A stretch of DNA of 64,000 nt from a bacterium (GCA_965261085.1 OZ253442.1:3936001-4000000); one strand, 5' to 3'; counted from the stretch's first letter, positions 25,107 to 35,312 are shown. Notes: a model not told the origin generated them from the letters alone. Made by a program: numbers and translations.

Positions 25107-26069
25107 TCAAACAAAGTAAGCGAACATGAGCGTCAGGTAGCACCCGTATCCCGTAAGAAGAACGAGCCCCGCCCTGCGCCCCATGCCGCGCTTCCATAGG
25201 GCGAGAAGCAAAAACATAAGCATCAGTAAAAGCATGAACGGGAAATCCAGAACGAACGATTGCCGCTCGATACCCAAGGGAGTAATGAGGGACGCGCCGC
25301 CGAGAACCCATGCGATGTTCAAAACGTTTGCCCCCATTACATTGCCCACCGCCATATCTCCATGCCCCTGTAAAGAAGCGGAAACCGCCGTAATCAATTC
25401 AGGCAGCGAGGTGCCGACGGCCACGAGCGTAAGGCCGATAACCAGTTCGGGAACTCCCATGGCGCGGGCCAGATGCACAGCGTTCTGAACGAGCAGCACG
25501 CTACCAAGAACGACTGCTATTGATCCTGCGATGAACCGCAGTCCGATATGTTGCTTTTCCCGGTCCATCATCGCGCTACCGAAATCGAAATCCGCCCATG
25601 TTCCCCGCTTCATACTGAACCACAGAAAAACAGGAACCAAGGCGAACAAGGCCACGCCTTCCACCCGGTCGATTTTCCCATCCCAGCTCAGGAGAAGGAT
25701 CAACACGCCCAGCCCCAGCATGAAGAGTCCTTTCCGCAGGACGTCTTCTTTGGCCAGAGACACGGGCTCGATCAGGAACGCCACCGCCAGAATGAGCCCG
25801 ATGTTGCAGATGGTGGAGCCGATCGCGTTGCCGACGGACGTGGCCGGATGCTCCAGCCAGGCCGCGATGACGGAGACGCAGAATTCGGGTGCCGTCGTCG
25901 CCAGGCTCACCAGGGTGGCGCCGACGATTACTTTGGGAACCCCCGTGATTTCGGCGACCCCCACCGCGCCGTCTGTGAACCAGTCCGCCCCCTTCGTGAT
26001 AATGAGGAGGCTCACAGAGAAGAAAATGAAATTCATCCAGATGGGAAAACTCGCGAAATATGCTTCCAT
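25107..26069 (-). CDS. Calcium/sodium antiporter (YrbG family)
   Basis: Two alpha-repeats ATTAPE...GNAIGS and GTSLPE...GNVMGAN. Confidence 0.92.
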   Translation of the reverse strand: MEAYFASFPIWMNFIFFSVSLLIITKGADWFTDGAVGVAEITGVPKVIVGATLVSLATTAPEFCVSVIAAWLEHPATSVGNAIGSTICNIGLILAVAFLIEPVSLAKEDVLRKGLFMLGLGVLILLLSWDGKIDRVEGVALFALVPVFLWFSMKRGTWADFDFGSAMMDREKQHIGLRFIAGSIAVVLGSVLLVQNAVHLARAMGVPELVIGLTLVAVGTSLPELITAVSASLQGHGDMAVGNVMGANVLNIAWVLGGASLITPLGIERQSFVLDFPFMLLLMLMFLLLALWKRGMGRRAGLVLLTGYGCYLTLMFAYFV

Positions 26070-26120
26070 GCTCGAGAAGCGTCCTTTATATGGCGCCGGC
26101 TCCGAATCGCAGGAGAGCGG

Positions 26121-26906
26121 TCACTTGCCCTGGAAACTGGGTTTTCGTTTCTCCAGAAAAGCGGAAATTCCTTCCTGAAAATCCAGGCTGGCGACCGTCT
26201 CGGCCTGCGCGCCCGCTTCTGCGCGAAGCGCCGTCGCCACGTCGAGGCCGCCTGACCCGCGAATCAGCTTCTTCGCCGCGCGAAGCGCAATCGAGGGACC
26301 CTCGGCGAGTCTTCGCCCAAGGGCGGTCGCTTCTTCCATGAGCGCGTCATCGGGATGAACCGAGCGAACCAGGCCGATTGCGAGCGCCGCCTCCGCGTCG
26401 ATGATCTCACCCGTCAATATCAACTCCAGTGCTTTCGCGCTGCCCACCACGCGGGGCAGGAAAAACGTGCCCCCGCAATCGGGTACCAGTCCGACCCGGG
26501 AGTACACCTGCCCGAACGACGCGCACGCGCCCGCCAGGCGGATGTCGCAGGCCAAAGCGATATCACATCCTGCGCCCACGGCGAAACCATGGACGGCCGC
26601 TATCGTCGGGCAGCGGACCTCATGGAGTCTCGCCAGGGATTTCTGATAGTCCGGCCAGAGGAATTCCTCCATCCGCTCGCCCGCCTGGATGCGCGCCTCG
26701 ATTTCCTTCAAGTCTCCGCCGGCGGAGAAAGCCCGCCCCGCGCCGCTTAAGACCATCGCGCGAATGTCGGGCTCGTTGCACCGCTCGCACACCTCGAATA
26801 AGTCTTGCGCCATTTGACGGTCGAGCGCATTGAGCGCTTCAGGGCGATTGAGCCGAACGAGGGCCAAACCGCCTTCTTCCTCGAAATCGATGGTCTCCCA
26901 CGCCAT
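26121..26906 (-). CDS. Enoyl-CoA hydratase/isomerase family (PaaG-like)
   Basis: LNRPEALNAL, FSAGGDL, ALACDIR, GLVPDCG, FLEKRKP. Confidence 0.9.
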   Translation of the reverse strand: MAWETIDFEEEGGLALVRLNRPEALNALDRQMAQDLFEVCERCNEPDIRAMVLSGAGRAFSAGGDLKEIEARIQAGERMEEFLWPDYQKSLARLHEVRCPTIAAVHGFAVGAGCDIALACDIRLAGACASFGQVYSRVGLVPDCGGTFFLPRVVGSAKALELILTGEIIDAEAALAIGLVRSVHPDDALMEEATALGRRLAEGPSIALRAAKKLIRGSGGLDVATALRAEAGAQAETVASLDFQEGISAFLEKRKPSFQGK

Positions 26907-27112
26907 GATCATATTCTCCCGTAATCACTATTGCCGATTGGTGTGGAAAAAGATTTTGCTTTTCCTTACAATATGGCATATCTTCCGAAGTTGGAAGGAA
27001 GACAATTGCTACGATCCGGGAAGTACACCGGATATAGTCCCGTTTGGTGCGGCCATCGCCCACCGGATTCCCGTATAGCTGCGAGCGCAGGAACTTGATT
27101 GAGGGGTGCAAA

Positions 27113-27736
27113 GTGGAATCGCCGGACACAGTCATCAAGATATATGATCGCTGGGGGAAATTCTACGACCTCGTCTTCAAGGACGTGTTCCACGAAGGCA
27201 GAAACGTCTGCGTCGACATGCTCGACATGCAACCGGGCGAAAAACTGCTCGAAGTGGGCGTGGGCACCGGGCTTTCCCTGCCGCTCTATCCGTCGACTGC
27301 CGAGATCATCGCCATCGACATTTCTTCGAAAATGCTGGAGAAGGCGAAAGAGAAGGTCGAGAAGATGGGCCTTCATAACGTCGAACTCTCCGTGATGGAC
27401 GCGCAGAATATGGCGTATGTGGACAACACCTTCGACTGCGTCACCGCCTGCTACGTGGTGAGCGCAGCCCCCGACCCGCACAAGGTCGTTTCGGAAATCT
27501 GCCGTGTATGCAAGCCGGGCGGGCGCGTCGTCTTCATCAATCATTTCAAAAGCCAGAAATTCCTGCTGGCCAAGTTCGAAGAGCTCATCAACGGCGTCTG
27601 CAAGAAATTCGGCTGGGAGACCACCCTGGACCTGGAAACCCTGCTCGAAGCGAACAACCTGATCCTCGAACGGCAGGAGCGTGTGAACATCTTTGACTAC
27701 TGGCGCGCGGTACTTTGCAGAAATCCCGATAAATAA
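27113..27736 (+). CDS. Class I SAM-dependent methyltransferase (PmtA-like phospholipid N-methyltransferase)
   Basis: LEVGVGTGLSLPLY, RVCKPGGR, INHF; GTG start after GAGGGG. Confidence 0.8.
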   Translation: MESPDTVIKIYDRWGKFYDLVFKDVFHEGRNVCVDMLDMQPGEKLLEVGVGTGLSLPLYPSTAEIIAIDISSKMLEKAKEKVEKMGLHNVELSVMDAQNMAYVDNTFDCVTACYVVSAAPDPHKVVSEICRVCKPGGRVVFINHFKSQKFLLAKFEELINGVCKKFGWETTLDLETLLEANNLILERQERVNIFDYWRAVLCRNPDK

Positions 27737-27799
27737 CGTCATTGGCCGCGTCCCGACCATCCCGACACGCCGCGTATCCGCCCGCGCATCTCTCCTGAG

Positions 27800-28708
27800 A
27801 TGAACCTCGGCCCGAACGCCTACGGCGTGCTGTTTGCTTCGGTAACCGCGGTTTCCTGGGCGGTGTTCACCTATTTCATCAAACGGGCGCTCACGGGCGC
27901 CCCCGTCCTCAAGGTCACCGCCGCCATGACAACCATAAACGCGGCGCTCGTGACGCTCATCGCCGTCTTCTTCATCTCGGTCGAGGATTTTTGGGGCGTC
28001 ACCGCGACCACCCTGACCTTCGCCTTCCTGGCGGGTTTTTTCCACATCGGAATATCGCGCTCGTTTTTCTATCGCGCCATCCACCGCATCGGCCCGAACC
28101 GCTCCATACCCATCGCGCTGACGTATCCCGTCATCACGGCGTTCGGGGCGTCCTTCATGCTGGGGGAGAAGCCGACGCTCTCCATCATCGCAGGTCTCCT
28201 GATTCTCCTGGGCGGCATCACGCTCATCGTTCAGGCCGAACCATCCCAATCGGCGGAATCGGACATTCACGGCGCGAGATGGAAGATGTTCGGCTGGATT
28301 TCCGCAGGCGTCACGGCGCTTCTGTGGGGCATATCCGCCGTGTTCTTCAAGAAAGCGTCCTTACACCTCCATCCACTCGCCACCGCTTCCGTCGCGCTCT
28401 GGGTGGGAGCCGCCACGGCTTTTCTCCTGGTGTTGTTCGATAAAGGCGAGGAATCGCGAGGCGCCATTCCCTCTTCCGCGTGGAGATGGATTTTCGCCGC
28501 AGGCGTATGCCAGGCGGTAGCCGTGCCGTTTTATAATTTCGCGTTCATCCACACGATGGCCGTCCGCGTCACCGCCATCGTCTCCGCCCAGCCGCTCATC
28601 GTCTTGCTGCTCGGCTGGCTCTTCTTGCGCGAGACGGAAAACATCACACCCCGGCTCGTCCTGGGCGCGCTCCTCACCGTGGCGGGCACCATCGTCGTCA
28701 TCACGTAA
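27800..28708 (+). CDS. DMT/EamA family transporter
   Basis: About 10 hydrophobic helices in two repeats; LGEKPT and FLRETE motifs. Confidence 0.85.
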   Translation: MNLGPNAYGVLFASVTAVSWAVFTYFIKRALTGAPVLKVTAAMTTINAALVTLIAVFFISVEDFWGVTATTLTFAFLAGFFHIGISRSFFYRAIHRIGPNRSIPIALTYPVITAFGASFMLGEKPTLSIIAGLLILLGGITLIVQAEPSQSAESDIHGARWKMFGWISAGVTALLWGISAVFFKKASLHLHPLATASVALWVGAATAFLLVLFDKGEESRGAIPSSAWRWIFAAGVCQAVAVPFYNFAFIHTMAVRVTAIVSAQPLIVLLLGWLFLRETENITPRLVLGALLTVAGTIVVIT

Positions 28709-28806
28709 AATCCGTCGTCCCATTTTCCCTCCCCTCGCCGGGGTGCTACCCTTAGTCTGCGATCATCAGAAATTTTTCAGACCTCATCATAAAAAGGAGA
28801 ACGCCC

Positions 28807-29283
28807 ATGGGCGAAGTCATTCACGTCACCAAGGCCCGCATCGTCAAGGAACCGGGCAAGGGAATGAAGACGGCCTATCTCGACGCATTCCCTGATGATC
28901 CGATTCCCTACGGCATCCACGGGGGCATCAAGAACTTCTACAAGGCCGAACCCGAAGTGGAGCGGCCCGCCACGCTGGATCACCTGGCCGCCGCGGTCGC
29001 CGGCTGACTGACGGGCAACATGGGAGGCGCGCTGGATGCGCGCGGGATAAAGAGCAGCCCCGATAACCTGGTGGCGGAAGTGGAAGGCATCATCGAGAAC
29101 GTGGACGGCATCGCCCTGGTCACCAAGATCAAGGTTCATTACAAGTGCAGAATCCCCAAGGGAAAGCGAGAAGACGCCGAGCGCGCCCTCGCCGTGCACG
29201 AGAAAGGCTGCCCGGCCAGCCAGAGCGTGCAGAGGGGAATAGCCGTCGAATACACGGCCGAGTTCGAGGAAGTCGACGAATAA
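28807..29283 (+). CDS. OsmC/Ohr family protein, predicted selenoprotein (Sec at TGA 29005-29007)
   Basis: Two track ORFs are in the same frame, joined by LAAAVAG-TGA-LTGNMGG. The TGA sits at the first catalytic Cys position and the second Cys is in KGCPASQSV. Confidence 0.85.
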
Positions 29284-29305
29284 GTAAAGTATCGATGTGA
29301 ACATG

Positions 29306-29346
29306 CAAGAAACCCCGGGAGCGCGAGACGTTCCCGGGGTTTCTTG
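29306..29346 (+). terminator. Rho-independent terminator after the OsmC-like gene
   Basis: CAAGAAACCCCGGGA...TCCCGGGGTTTCTTG hairpin followed by TTTG. Confidence 0.75.
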
Positions 29347-29446
29347 TTTGTCGCGAACGGGACTGTGGGTTACACAGAACCGCCATTGTTCGTGGGGTTT
29401 GATGCCGGAATGACGGACAAAAACGATAATCCGTTATCCACCATCG

Positions 29447-29515
29447 GTAGGGGACGCATATATGCGTCCCTGCCTTTCTCCCACAAAACAAGGGTCGCAT
29501 ATATGCGACCCCTAC
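29447..29515. repeat. Inverted pair of GTAG-type REP palindromes (REPIN-like)
   Basis: GTAGGGGACGCATATATGCGTCCCT ... AGGGTCGCATATATGCGACCCCTAC. Confidence 0.75.
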
Positions 29516-29677
29516 ACAGAGAGGCGCAGGCTACTCACCTCAAAGGATCAATCCCGACCTCTACGAAGGCAATGGTGAGTGGGACCGAGTTCGAAGAAGC
29601 GGCGGACAGATGACCCGGGGGATTACCCGCGAAACTCCGGGAAGCGAGGTTCATGGGAGTTTCGACGGGGGGTTTTC

Positions 29678-31507
29678 CTACACGAACAAGAGCCCGTATC
29701 GATACCGCCTGTCGATCCACCAGGCCATGCACAGGGAGAACCCGACCAGGAGCGCAAGCCCGCCCGCTTGCTCCCAGGTGCCTACCAGCAGCGCGCCCAA
29801 GAGGAACATCAAGGCGAAAACGAACACGCTTATAGCCAGCCAGATGCCCGCAAGCGCGAATACGGGCGCCGAACGCGCATCCTGTCCGCGTATCGGGCCC
29901 CATGCCCCCGGTGGGCGCACTCTGGTCCAGAAATTTCTCAATACGTCTGCGCGCGCGGGCTTCGTGGTGAAAGTAGCGATCAGCATCACCAGAAAGCCGA
30001 CGCCCACCTCCGCAGCCAGCAATACGGGAAACGAGGGCGGCTTATCGCCCAGGTGGAGATAAGCGGCCGTGGCGCCTGCGGCCAGCATTCCTGAAATCTC
30101 CGTCCAGGCGTTCGTCCGCCACCACAGCCAGCGCAGGAGCACCGGAAGGCCGAGGCCGGCGCCCAAGGATATGTTGAACTTCCACGCCCACTCGATGCTG
30201 CTCATCTGCGCCGCCACGGCAAACGCGCAGAGCGACATGGCCAGAACGCCGAGGCGGCCGACCAGGACGACTTCGCGCGCTCCCGCTTTTTTCCGGATGA
30301 AGCGCGCATACACGTCGTTCACCAGATAACTCATCCCCCAGTTGAGATGGGTATCCACCGTGCTCATGAACGCGCCCAGAAGACCCACCATCACCAGACC
30401 GAGAACCCCCGCCGGCAGGAGGCGCCCCATCAGGAGGGGATACGCCGTCTCCCGGTCGGCCAGGATTTTCGCCTCCATCGTGCCGGGGAGGGCGTCCATG
30501 CCCTTGGGCACCAGAATCAGGCTCACCAGGCCGATGAGTATCCAGGGCCAGGGCCTCAGGACGTAGTTTCCCACCGTGAAGAGAAAAGCGCCCGCCTGGG
30601 CGTCCCTGGGCGTGCGCGCCGCGCACAGCCTCTGGCCGATGTAGCCACCGCCGTCGGCGTTGTTGTGCGCCCACCAGACCACGAACAGGTAGATGAGGAT
30701 CACCTGCGCCCCCGCCCATCCCGCGCCCTCGGGCGGGAGGAAGGAGAGGATATCCGCCGCGCCTTTCGCGCCGTATATCTCGCCCAGCTTCGCACTCATG
30801 CCCGACAGCCCGCCCACGGCTTCCACGGCGTACCAGGCGAACAGGCAACTGCCGGTCATCGCGATGACGAACTGGAAGAGATCGGTGAGAATCACCCCGC
30901 GGATTCCGCCTGCGCTTGCGTAAAGCGCAATCATCAAGACGAGCAGGGCGACAGTTACGCTCTCGTTCACGCTCCCCATCGTAAGGGCGGCGGGCCAGTT
31001 CCCCTCGATGGCCGCCCACAGGCCTGCGGGCAGAACCTCCTCCCATCTGAGGAAAGGCTCGGCAATCTTCGCCATGGCGCGGAACACCCAGCCCAGGACG
31101 ATTAGGTTCACGATGAGCGAGGAATAGATGGCCTTGAAGCCCCGCAGGAACGCGCCCGGACCCCTGCCGTAGCGCAGTTCGATGAGTTCGGCGTCCGTCA
31201 CCACGCCCGCGCGCCGCCACAGGGGTGCGAAAAAGACCGCGACGCCCACGTTGCCGATGACCCACGCCCACCAGAACCAGTTTCCCGAAATACCGCGCTT
31301 GGCGACGATGCCGGCCACGACGAGAGGGGTGTCGGAGGCGAACGTGGTCGCCACCATCGAGATGCCTATCCACCACCAGGGCAGGCTGCGCCCGGCCACG
31401 AAGTAGGAAGCCAGGCTCATCGACGCCGAGCGTGAGGTCAACGCGCCTACGAGCAGAGCGAACGCGATGTAGCCGAGGATGAGCGACCAGTCCAGAGTCG
31501 AGAGCAT
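29678..31507 (-). CDS. Sodium:solute symporter family protein
   Basis: YFVAGRSLPWW, ATTFASDTP, AFMSTVDTHLNWG; many TM helices. Confidence 0.92.
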   Translation of the reverse strand: MLSTLDWSLILGYIAFALLVGALTSRSASMSLASYFVAGRSLPWWWIGISMVATTFASDTPLVVAGIVAKRGISGNWFWWAWVIGNVGVAVFFAPLWRRAGVVTDAELIELRYGRGPGAFLRGFKAIYSSLIVNLIVLGWVFRAMAKIAEPFLRWEEVLPAGLWAAIEGNWPAALTMGSVNESVTVALLVLMIALYASAGGIRGVILTDLFQFVIAMTGSCLFAWYAVEAVGGLSGMSAKLGEIYGAKGAADILSFLPPEGAGWAGAQVILIYLFVVWWAHNNADGGGYIGQRLCAARTPRDAQAGAFLFTVGNYVLRPWPWILIGLVSLILVPKGMDALPGTMEAKILADRETAYPLLMGRLLPAGVLGLVMVGLLGAFMSTVDTHLNWGMSYLVNDVYARFIRKKAGAREVVLVGRLGVLAMSLCAFAVAAQMSSIEWAWKFNISLGAGLGLPVLLRWLWWRTNAWTEISGMLAAGATAAYLHLGDKPPSFPVLLAAEVGVGFLVMLIATFTTKPARADVLRNFWTRVRPPGAWGPIRGQDARSAPVFALAGIWLAISVFVFALMFLLGALLVGTWEQAGGLALLVGFSLCMAWWIDRRYRYGLLFV

Positions 31508-31595
31508 GGCGCATTTCTCTACGAATGGGCGAGCTTCGGGCGCATCCTACAAGGAAAAGAAGATGCGATACAGCAAGCCCTACGTCTCACGACGC

Positions 31596-31626
31596 AAAAA
31601 CGCCCCGCAGCGCGTGCGGGGCGTTT
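31596..31626 (-). terminator. Terminator hairpin
   Basis: AAACGCCCCGCA-GCGCG-TGCGGGGCGTTT with a T-run on the minus strand. Confidence 0.65.
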
Positions 31627-31660
31627 CTGGCGAGGAGAATCTTGTGCTCGGTATGTTCGT

Positions 31661-31747
31661 CTAGGCCTGATCTCCGTTGGTGCGCAGGCGGCCAAGGACC
31701 TCCATGACGTGATCCGGCGTGATGGGGATGCGCGTGATGCGCGCGCC
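31661..31747 (-). pseudogene. C-terminal remnant of a xanthine dehydrogenase-family molybdopterin subunit
   Basis: Reads GARITRIPITPDHVMEVLGRLRTNGDQA*, matching the family's terminal GxRIxxxPITPxxV motif; no upstream body; followed by a terminator. Confidence 0.6.
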
Positions 31748-31764
31748 TCTTGAGAGCTTGAATT

Positions 31765-31830
31765 CACTCCCCCCTTGAGGGGGAGTCAGTGAGGTAAGGG
31801 CGCAAGCCCGTAAGCGAACTGGTGGGGGGG
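31765..31830. repeat. Half copy of the palindromic CTCCCCCCTTGAGGGGGAG element
   Basis: Reverse complement of the right arm of the 46257-46432 copy; cut off next to the IS1182 left end. Confidence 0.8.
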
Positions 31831-31846
31831 CAATTCCGAGCGAGGA

Positions 31847-33292
31847 GGGGTTGTTGAAAAACCCCTGACTCTATGATTGGATGTATGGATATTACGCGCC
31901 CGAGATGGGGAGGTCCCGAGATGTTGGGACGCAAGAACCGCGCCCAGATGGATTTGTTCATCACCGGATCGCTGGAGAGGTTGATTCCCGAAGATCACAT
32001 CCTGGCCCGCGTGAACCGCGTTTTAGACCTGAGTTGGCTGCGCGAGGAGGTGGCGGACTGCTATTGCGCGGACAACGGTCGTCCGGGGGTCGACCCGGAG
32101 GTGGCGGTTCGCCTGATGCTGGCGGGCCTTCTGCTGGGGTTCGTGCACGACCGTCGGTTGATGCGCGAGGCGCAGGTGAACCTCGCGATCCGGTGGTTCA
32201 TCGGTTACGGGCTGGAGGATCGGCTGCCGGACCATTCGAGCCTGACGCGGATACGGCAGCGCTGGGGGGAGGCCCGGTTCCGGGAGATATTCCGCCGCAC
32301 GGTCCGTGCGTGCCTGGATGCGAAGGTGGCCAAGGCCGAAGTCGTGCACGTGGACGCCTCATTGATCCGCGCGGACGTGAGTTGGGAGAGTCTGGTGGAG
32401 CGTCACGTGGACGAGGTGATGGCGGAGAACCCCTTGGAGGAGGAGGCCGGGAAGAAGGGTGGAGGAGGCCGCCGGGGCGGGGGTTCGGGGAAGGTGAGCC
32501 GAACGGACCCGGACGCGCGCCTTGCGAGATCAGGCGGGCGCGGGGGATTCGAGCCGAGCTACAAGCAGCACGCGGCGGTGGACGACGCGAGAGGCGTTGT
32601 GCTCGACGTTTCGGTGACGGATGGTACGGTGAACGAGCGGGAGGTGATCGAATCGCAGGTGGAAGCGGTATGCGAGGTATCGGGGCGCGCGCCCGCGATG
32701 GTGACGGCGGACTCGGGCTACGCCTACTCGAAGGTCTACGGGGCTCTGGAGCGCAGAGGCGTCGCCGCGCTCATCCCGGCGAAGAAAGAACCCTCGCAGA
32801 GCCGGGTTCCCTTGCGCCTGTTCCGCTACGACGCGCGGAACAACATCGTGAAGTGTCCGCGCGGCAAGACACTGAGCCCCCGGCGGGACACGGAGCGGGG
32901 GCGCTACTATCGTTCGAGGACGCGTGATTGCGCGGGCTGCGCGCTTCGCGAGGATTGCCTGCCGAAGGCGTGGTCGAGCAAGGTGGTGTTGGTTCCGCAT
33001 GCGTATCCGGCGCTGTTGCGCGCGCGCCGGCGCCATGCGCGATGGGGCGAGGAGGAGCGGCGGATGTACCGGCGCCATATGTGGCGTTCGGAGGGCTATC
33101 ACGGCGAGGCGAAGACCTGGCACGGACTGGCGCGCGCGGTGCGGCGGGGACTTGAGAACATGAAGATACAGTCCTACCTGACGGCGGCGGCGATCAACCT
33201 CAAGCGGCTCGCCGCCGCTCTAGCGGCAAGGTTATTCGCCCTCTGGACGGCCCGCGTCGCCCGGAAACGCCGGCTGCATGTCTATCTCGCTC
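31847..33292 (+). mobile_element. IS1182-family element, copy 1 (right end missing)
   Basis: Left IR GGGGTTGTTGAAAAACCC; no right IR found; similarity to copy 2 fades near 33290. Confidence 0.8.
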
Positions 33293-33351
33293 ACCCGCGC
33301 CGTCATAGGCGTTCCTTCTACGACAGCCGGAAACCAGATGATGAGCGATGA
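31921..33351 (+). CDS. IS1182-family transposase
   Basis: DUF772-like LIPEDH/GRPGVDP/PDHSSLTR; DDE motifs VDAS, ADSGY, RSEGYHGEAK; C-terminus reads into foreign DNA. Confidence 0.9.
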   Translation: MLGRKNRAQMDLFITGSLERLIPEDHILARVNRVLDLSWLREEVADCYCADNGRPGVDPEVAVRLMLAGLLLGFVHDRRLMREAQVNLAIRWFIGYGLEDRLPDHSSLTRIRQRWGEARFREIFRRTVRACLDAKVAKAEVVHVDASLIRADVSWESLVERHVDEVMAENPLEEEAGKKGGGGRRGGGSGKVSRTDPDARLARSGGRGGFEPSYKQHAAVDDARGVVLDVSVTDGTVNEREVIESQVEAVCEVSGRAPAMVTADSGYAYSKVYGALERRGVAALIPAKKEPSQSRVPLRLFRYDARNNIVKCPRGKTLSPRRDTERGRYYRSRTRDCAGCALREDCLPKAWSSKVVLVPHAYPALLRARRRHARWGEEERRMYRRHMWRSEGYHGEAKTWHGLARAVRRGLENMKIQSYLTAAAINLKRLAAALAARLFALWTARVARKRRLHVYLAHPRRHRRSFYDSRKPDDER

Positions 33352-33711
33352 TTTCGCCGTAACGGCGGGCTGGGGACATTATGGAGCGGGGGACGCCGTG
33401 ATGCCTGGCGGAGGCCACGCCGTCGAGCGGGCCTATACGGAAGCAGAACGCGCCGCTCTCGGCGATGCGCTGCCCGTGCTTGGGCTAAGGCTTTCGACGT
33501 ATATCTGAACGAGCGAGCCTTGTGGCGGTGCATCCCCGCCGCCGTCTGGAACTACAAGCTAGGCAGCTATCAGGTCTTGAAGAAATGGCTCTCCTACCGC
33601 GAACAGGCCATCCTCAAATGCCCCTTGAAGCCGGAAGAAGTCCAGCACTTCATGGACACGGCAAGACACATCGCGGGGATTTTGATGCTGACAAATGGGG
33701 CGCATCCGTAA
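33293..33711 (+). pseudogene. Frameshifted C-terminal fragment of a type ISP restriction-modification enzyme
   Basis: DFAVTAGWGHYG...VMPG then, after a frameshift near 33485, FDVYLNERALWRCIPAAVWNYKLGSYQVLKKWLSYRE. Confidence 0.75.
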
Positions 33712-33730
33712 AGACGCATCCAAAACCAAC

Positions 33731-33757
33731 AGGGAGAACACACAGGTTCTCCCCTAC
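33731..33757 (-). repeat. GTAG-type REP palindrome
   Basis: Minus strand GTAGGGGAGAACCTGTGTGTTCTCCCT. Confidence 0.7.
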
Positions 33758-33790
33758 GAGGCGTTCAGATTGATCAATCCCTCCCTCATC

Positions 33791-35312
33791 GGGGTTGTTG
33801 AAAAACCCCTGACTCTATGCTTGGATGTATGGATATTACGCGCCCGAGAAGGGAATATCCGCGATGTTGGGACGCAAGAACCGCGCCCAGATGGATTTGT
33901 TCATCACCGGTTCGCTGGAGAGGTTGATTCCCGAGGATCACATATTGGCCCGCGTGAACCGCGTTCTGGACCTGAGTTGGCTGCGCGAGGAAGTGGCGGA
34001 TTGTTATTGCGCGGACAACGGCCGTCCTGGGATCGACCCCGAAGTGGCGGTTCGGTTGATGTTGGCGGGCCTTCTGCTGGGGTTCGTGCACGACCGTCGG
34101 TTGATGCGCGAGGCGCAGGTGAACATCGCGATCCGGTGGTTCATCGGTTACGGGCTGGAGGATCGGCTGCCGGATCATTCGAGCCTGACGCGGATACGGC
34201 AGCGCTGGGGGGAGGCCCGGTTCCGGGAGATATTCCGCCGCACGGTCCGTGCGTGCCTGGATGCGAAGGTGGCCAAGGCCGAAGTCGTGCACGTGGACGC
34301 CTCATTGATCCGCGCGGACGTGAGTTGGGAGAGTCTGGTGGAGCGTCACGTGGACGAGGTGATAGCGGAGAACCCCGTCGAGGAGGAGGCCGGGAAGAAG
34401 GGTGGAGGAGGCCGCCGTGGCGGGGGTTCCGGGAAGGTGAGCCGGACGGACCCGGACGCGCGGCTGGCGAGAACGGGCGGGGGATTCGAGCCGAGCTACA
34501 AGCAGCACGCTGTGGTGGACGACACGCGCGGGGTGGTGCTCGACGTATCGGTGACGGAGGGTACGGTGAACGAGCGTGAGGTGCTCGAATCGCAGGTGGA
34601 AGCGGTATGCGAGGTATCGGGGCGCGCGCCCGCGATGGTGACGGCGGACTCTGGCTACGCCTACTCGAAGGTCTACGCGGCCCTGGAGCGCCGGGGTGTG
34701 GCCGCGCTCATTCCGGCGAAGAGGGAACCCTCGCAGAGCCGTGTTCCGTTGCGCCTGTTCCGCTACGACGCGCGGCACGACATCGTGAAGTGTCCGCGCG
34801 GCAAGATACTGAGCCCCCGTCGGCCCGCAAAGGGGGGGCGTTATTATCGTTCGAAGACCCGTGATTGCGCGGGCTGCGCGCTTCGCGAGGATTGCCTGCC
34901 GAAGGCGTGGTCGAGCAAGGTGGTGTTGGTTCCGCATGCGTATCCGGCGCTGTTGCGCGCGCGCCGGCGCCATGCGCGATGGAGGGAGGAGGAGCGGCGG
35001 ATGTACCGGCGTCATATGTGGCGCTCGGAGGGCTACCACGGCGAGGCGAAGACCTGGCACGGGCTTGCGCGCGCGGTGCGGCGCGGTCTTGAGAACATGA
35101 AGATACAGTCCTACCTGACGGCGGCGGCGATCAACCTCAAGCGGCTCTCCGCCGCACTTGCTGCAAGGTTATTCGCCCTCTGGAGGGCCTGGTCGGCCCG
35201 GGAAGAGCCTCTGTGCGTCCATCGCGGCCTCGCAAGCTGCGCGGGCTTCCTGTCCGCCGCCGCGTGACCCTCCATACCGCCCGCTCCCGAAACCGGGTTA
35301 TTCAACAACCCC
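33791..35312 (+). mobile_element. IS1182-family element, copy 2 (complete)
   Basis: 18-bp IRs GGGGTTGTTGAAAAACCC / GGGTTATTCAACAACCCC; flanking direct repeat TCATC at 33786-33790 and 35313-35317. Confidence 0.92.
33864..35267 (+). CDS. IS1182-family transposase
   Basis: Close paralogue of 31921-33351 with intact DDE motifs. Confidence 0.92.
   Translation: MLGRKNRAQMDLFITGSLERLIPEDHILARVNRVLDLSWLREEVADCYCADNGRPGIDPEVAVRLMLAGLLLGFVHDRRLMREAQVNIAIRWFIGYGLEDRLPDHSSLTRIRQRWGEARFREIFRRTVRACLDAKVAKAEVVHVDASLIRADVSWESLVERHVDEVIAENPVEEEAGKKGGGGRRGGGSGKVSRTDPDARLARTGGGFEPSYKQHAVVDDTRGVVLDVSVTEGTVNEREVLESQVEAVCEVSGRAPAMVTADSGYAYSKVYAALERRGVAALIPAKREPSQSRVPLRLFRYDARHDIVKCPRGKILSPRRPAKGGRYYRSKTRDCAGCALREDCLPKAWSSKVVLVPHAYPALLRARRRHARWREEERRMYRRHMWRSEGYHGEAKTWHGLARAVRRGLENMKIQSYLTAAAINLKRLSAALAARLFALWRAWSAREEPLCVHRGLASCAGFLSAAA

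Noticed and set aside
30042-31514. 490-aa alternative-frame ORF over the symporter, and similar ORFs over the IS and TRAP genes
   Set aside because: Arg/Gly/Pro-rich off-frame translation typical of GC-rich coding DNA.
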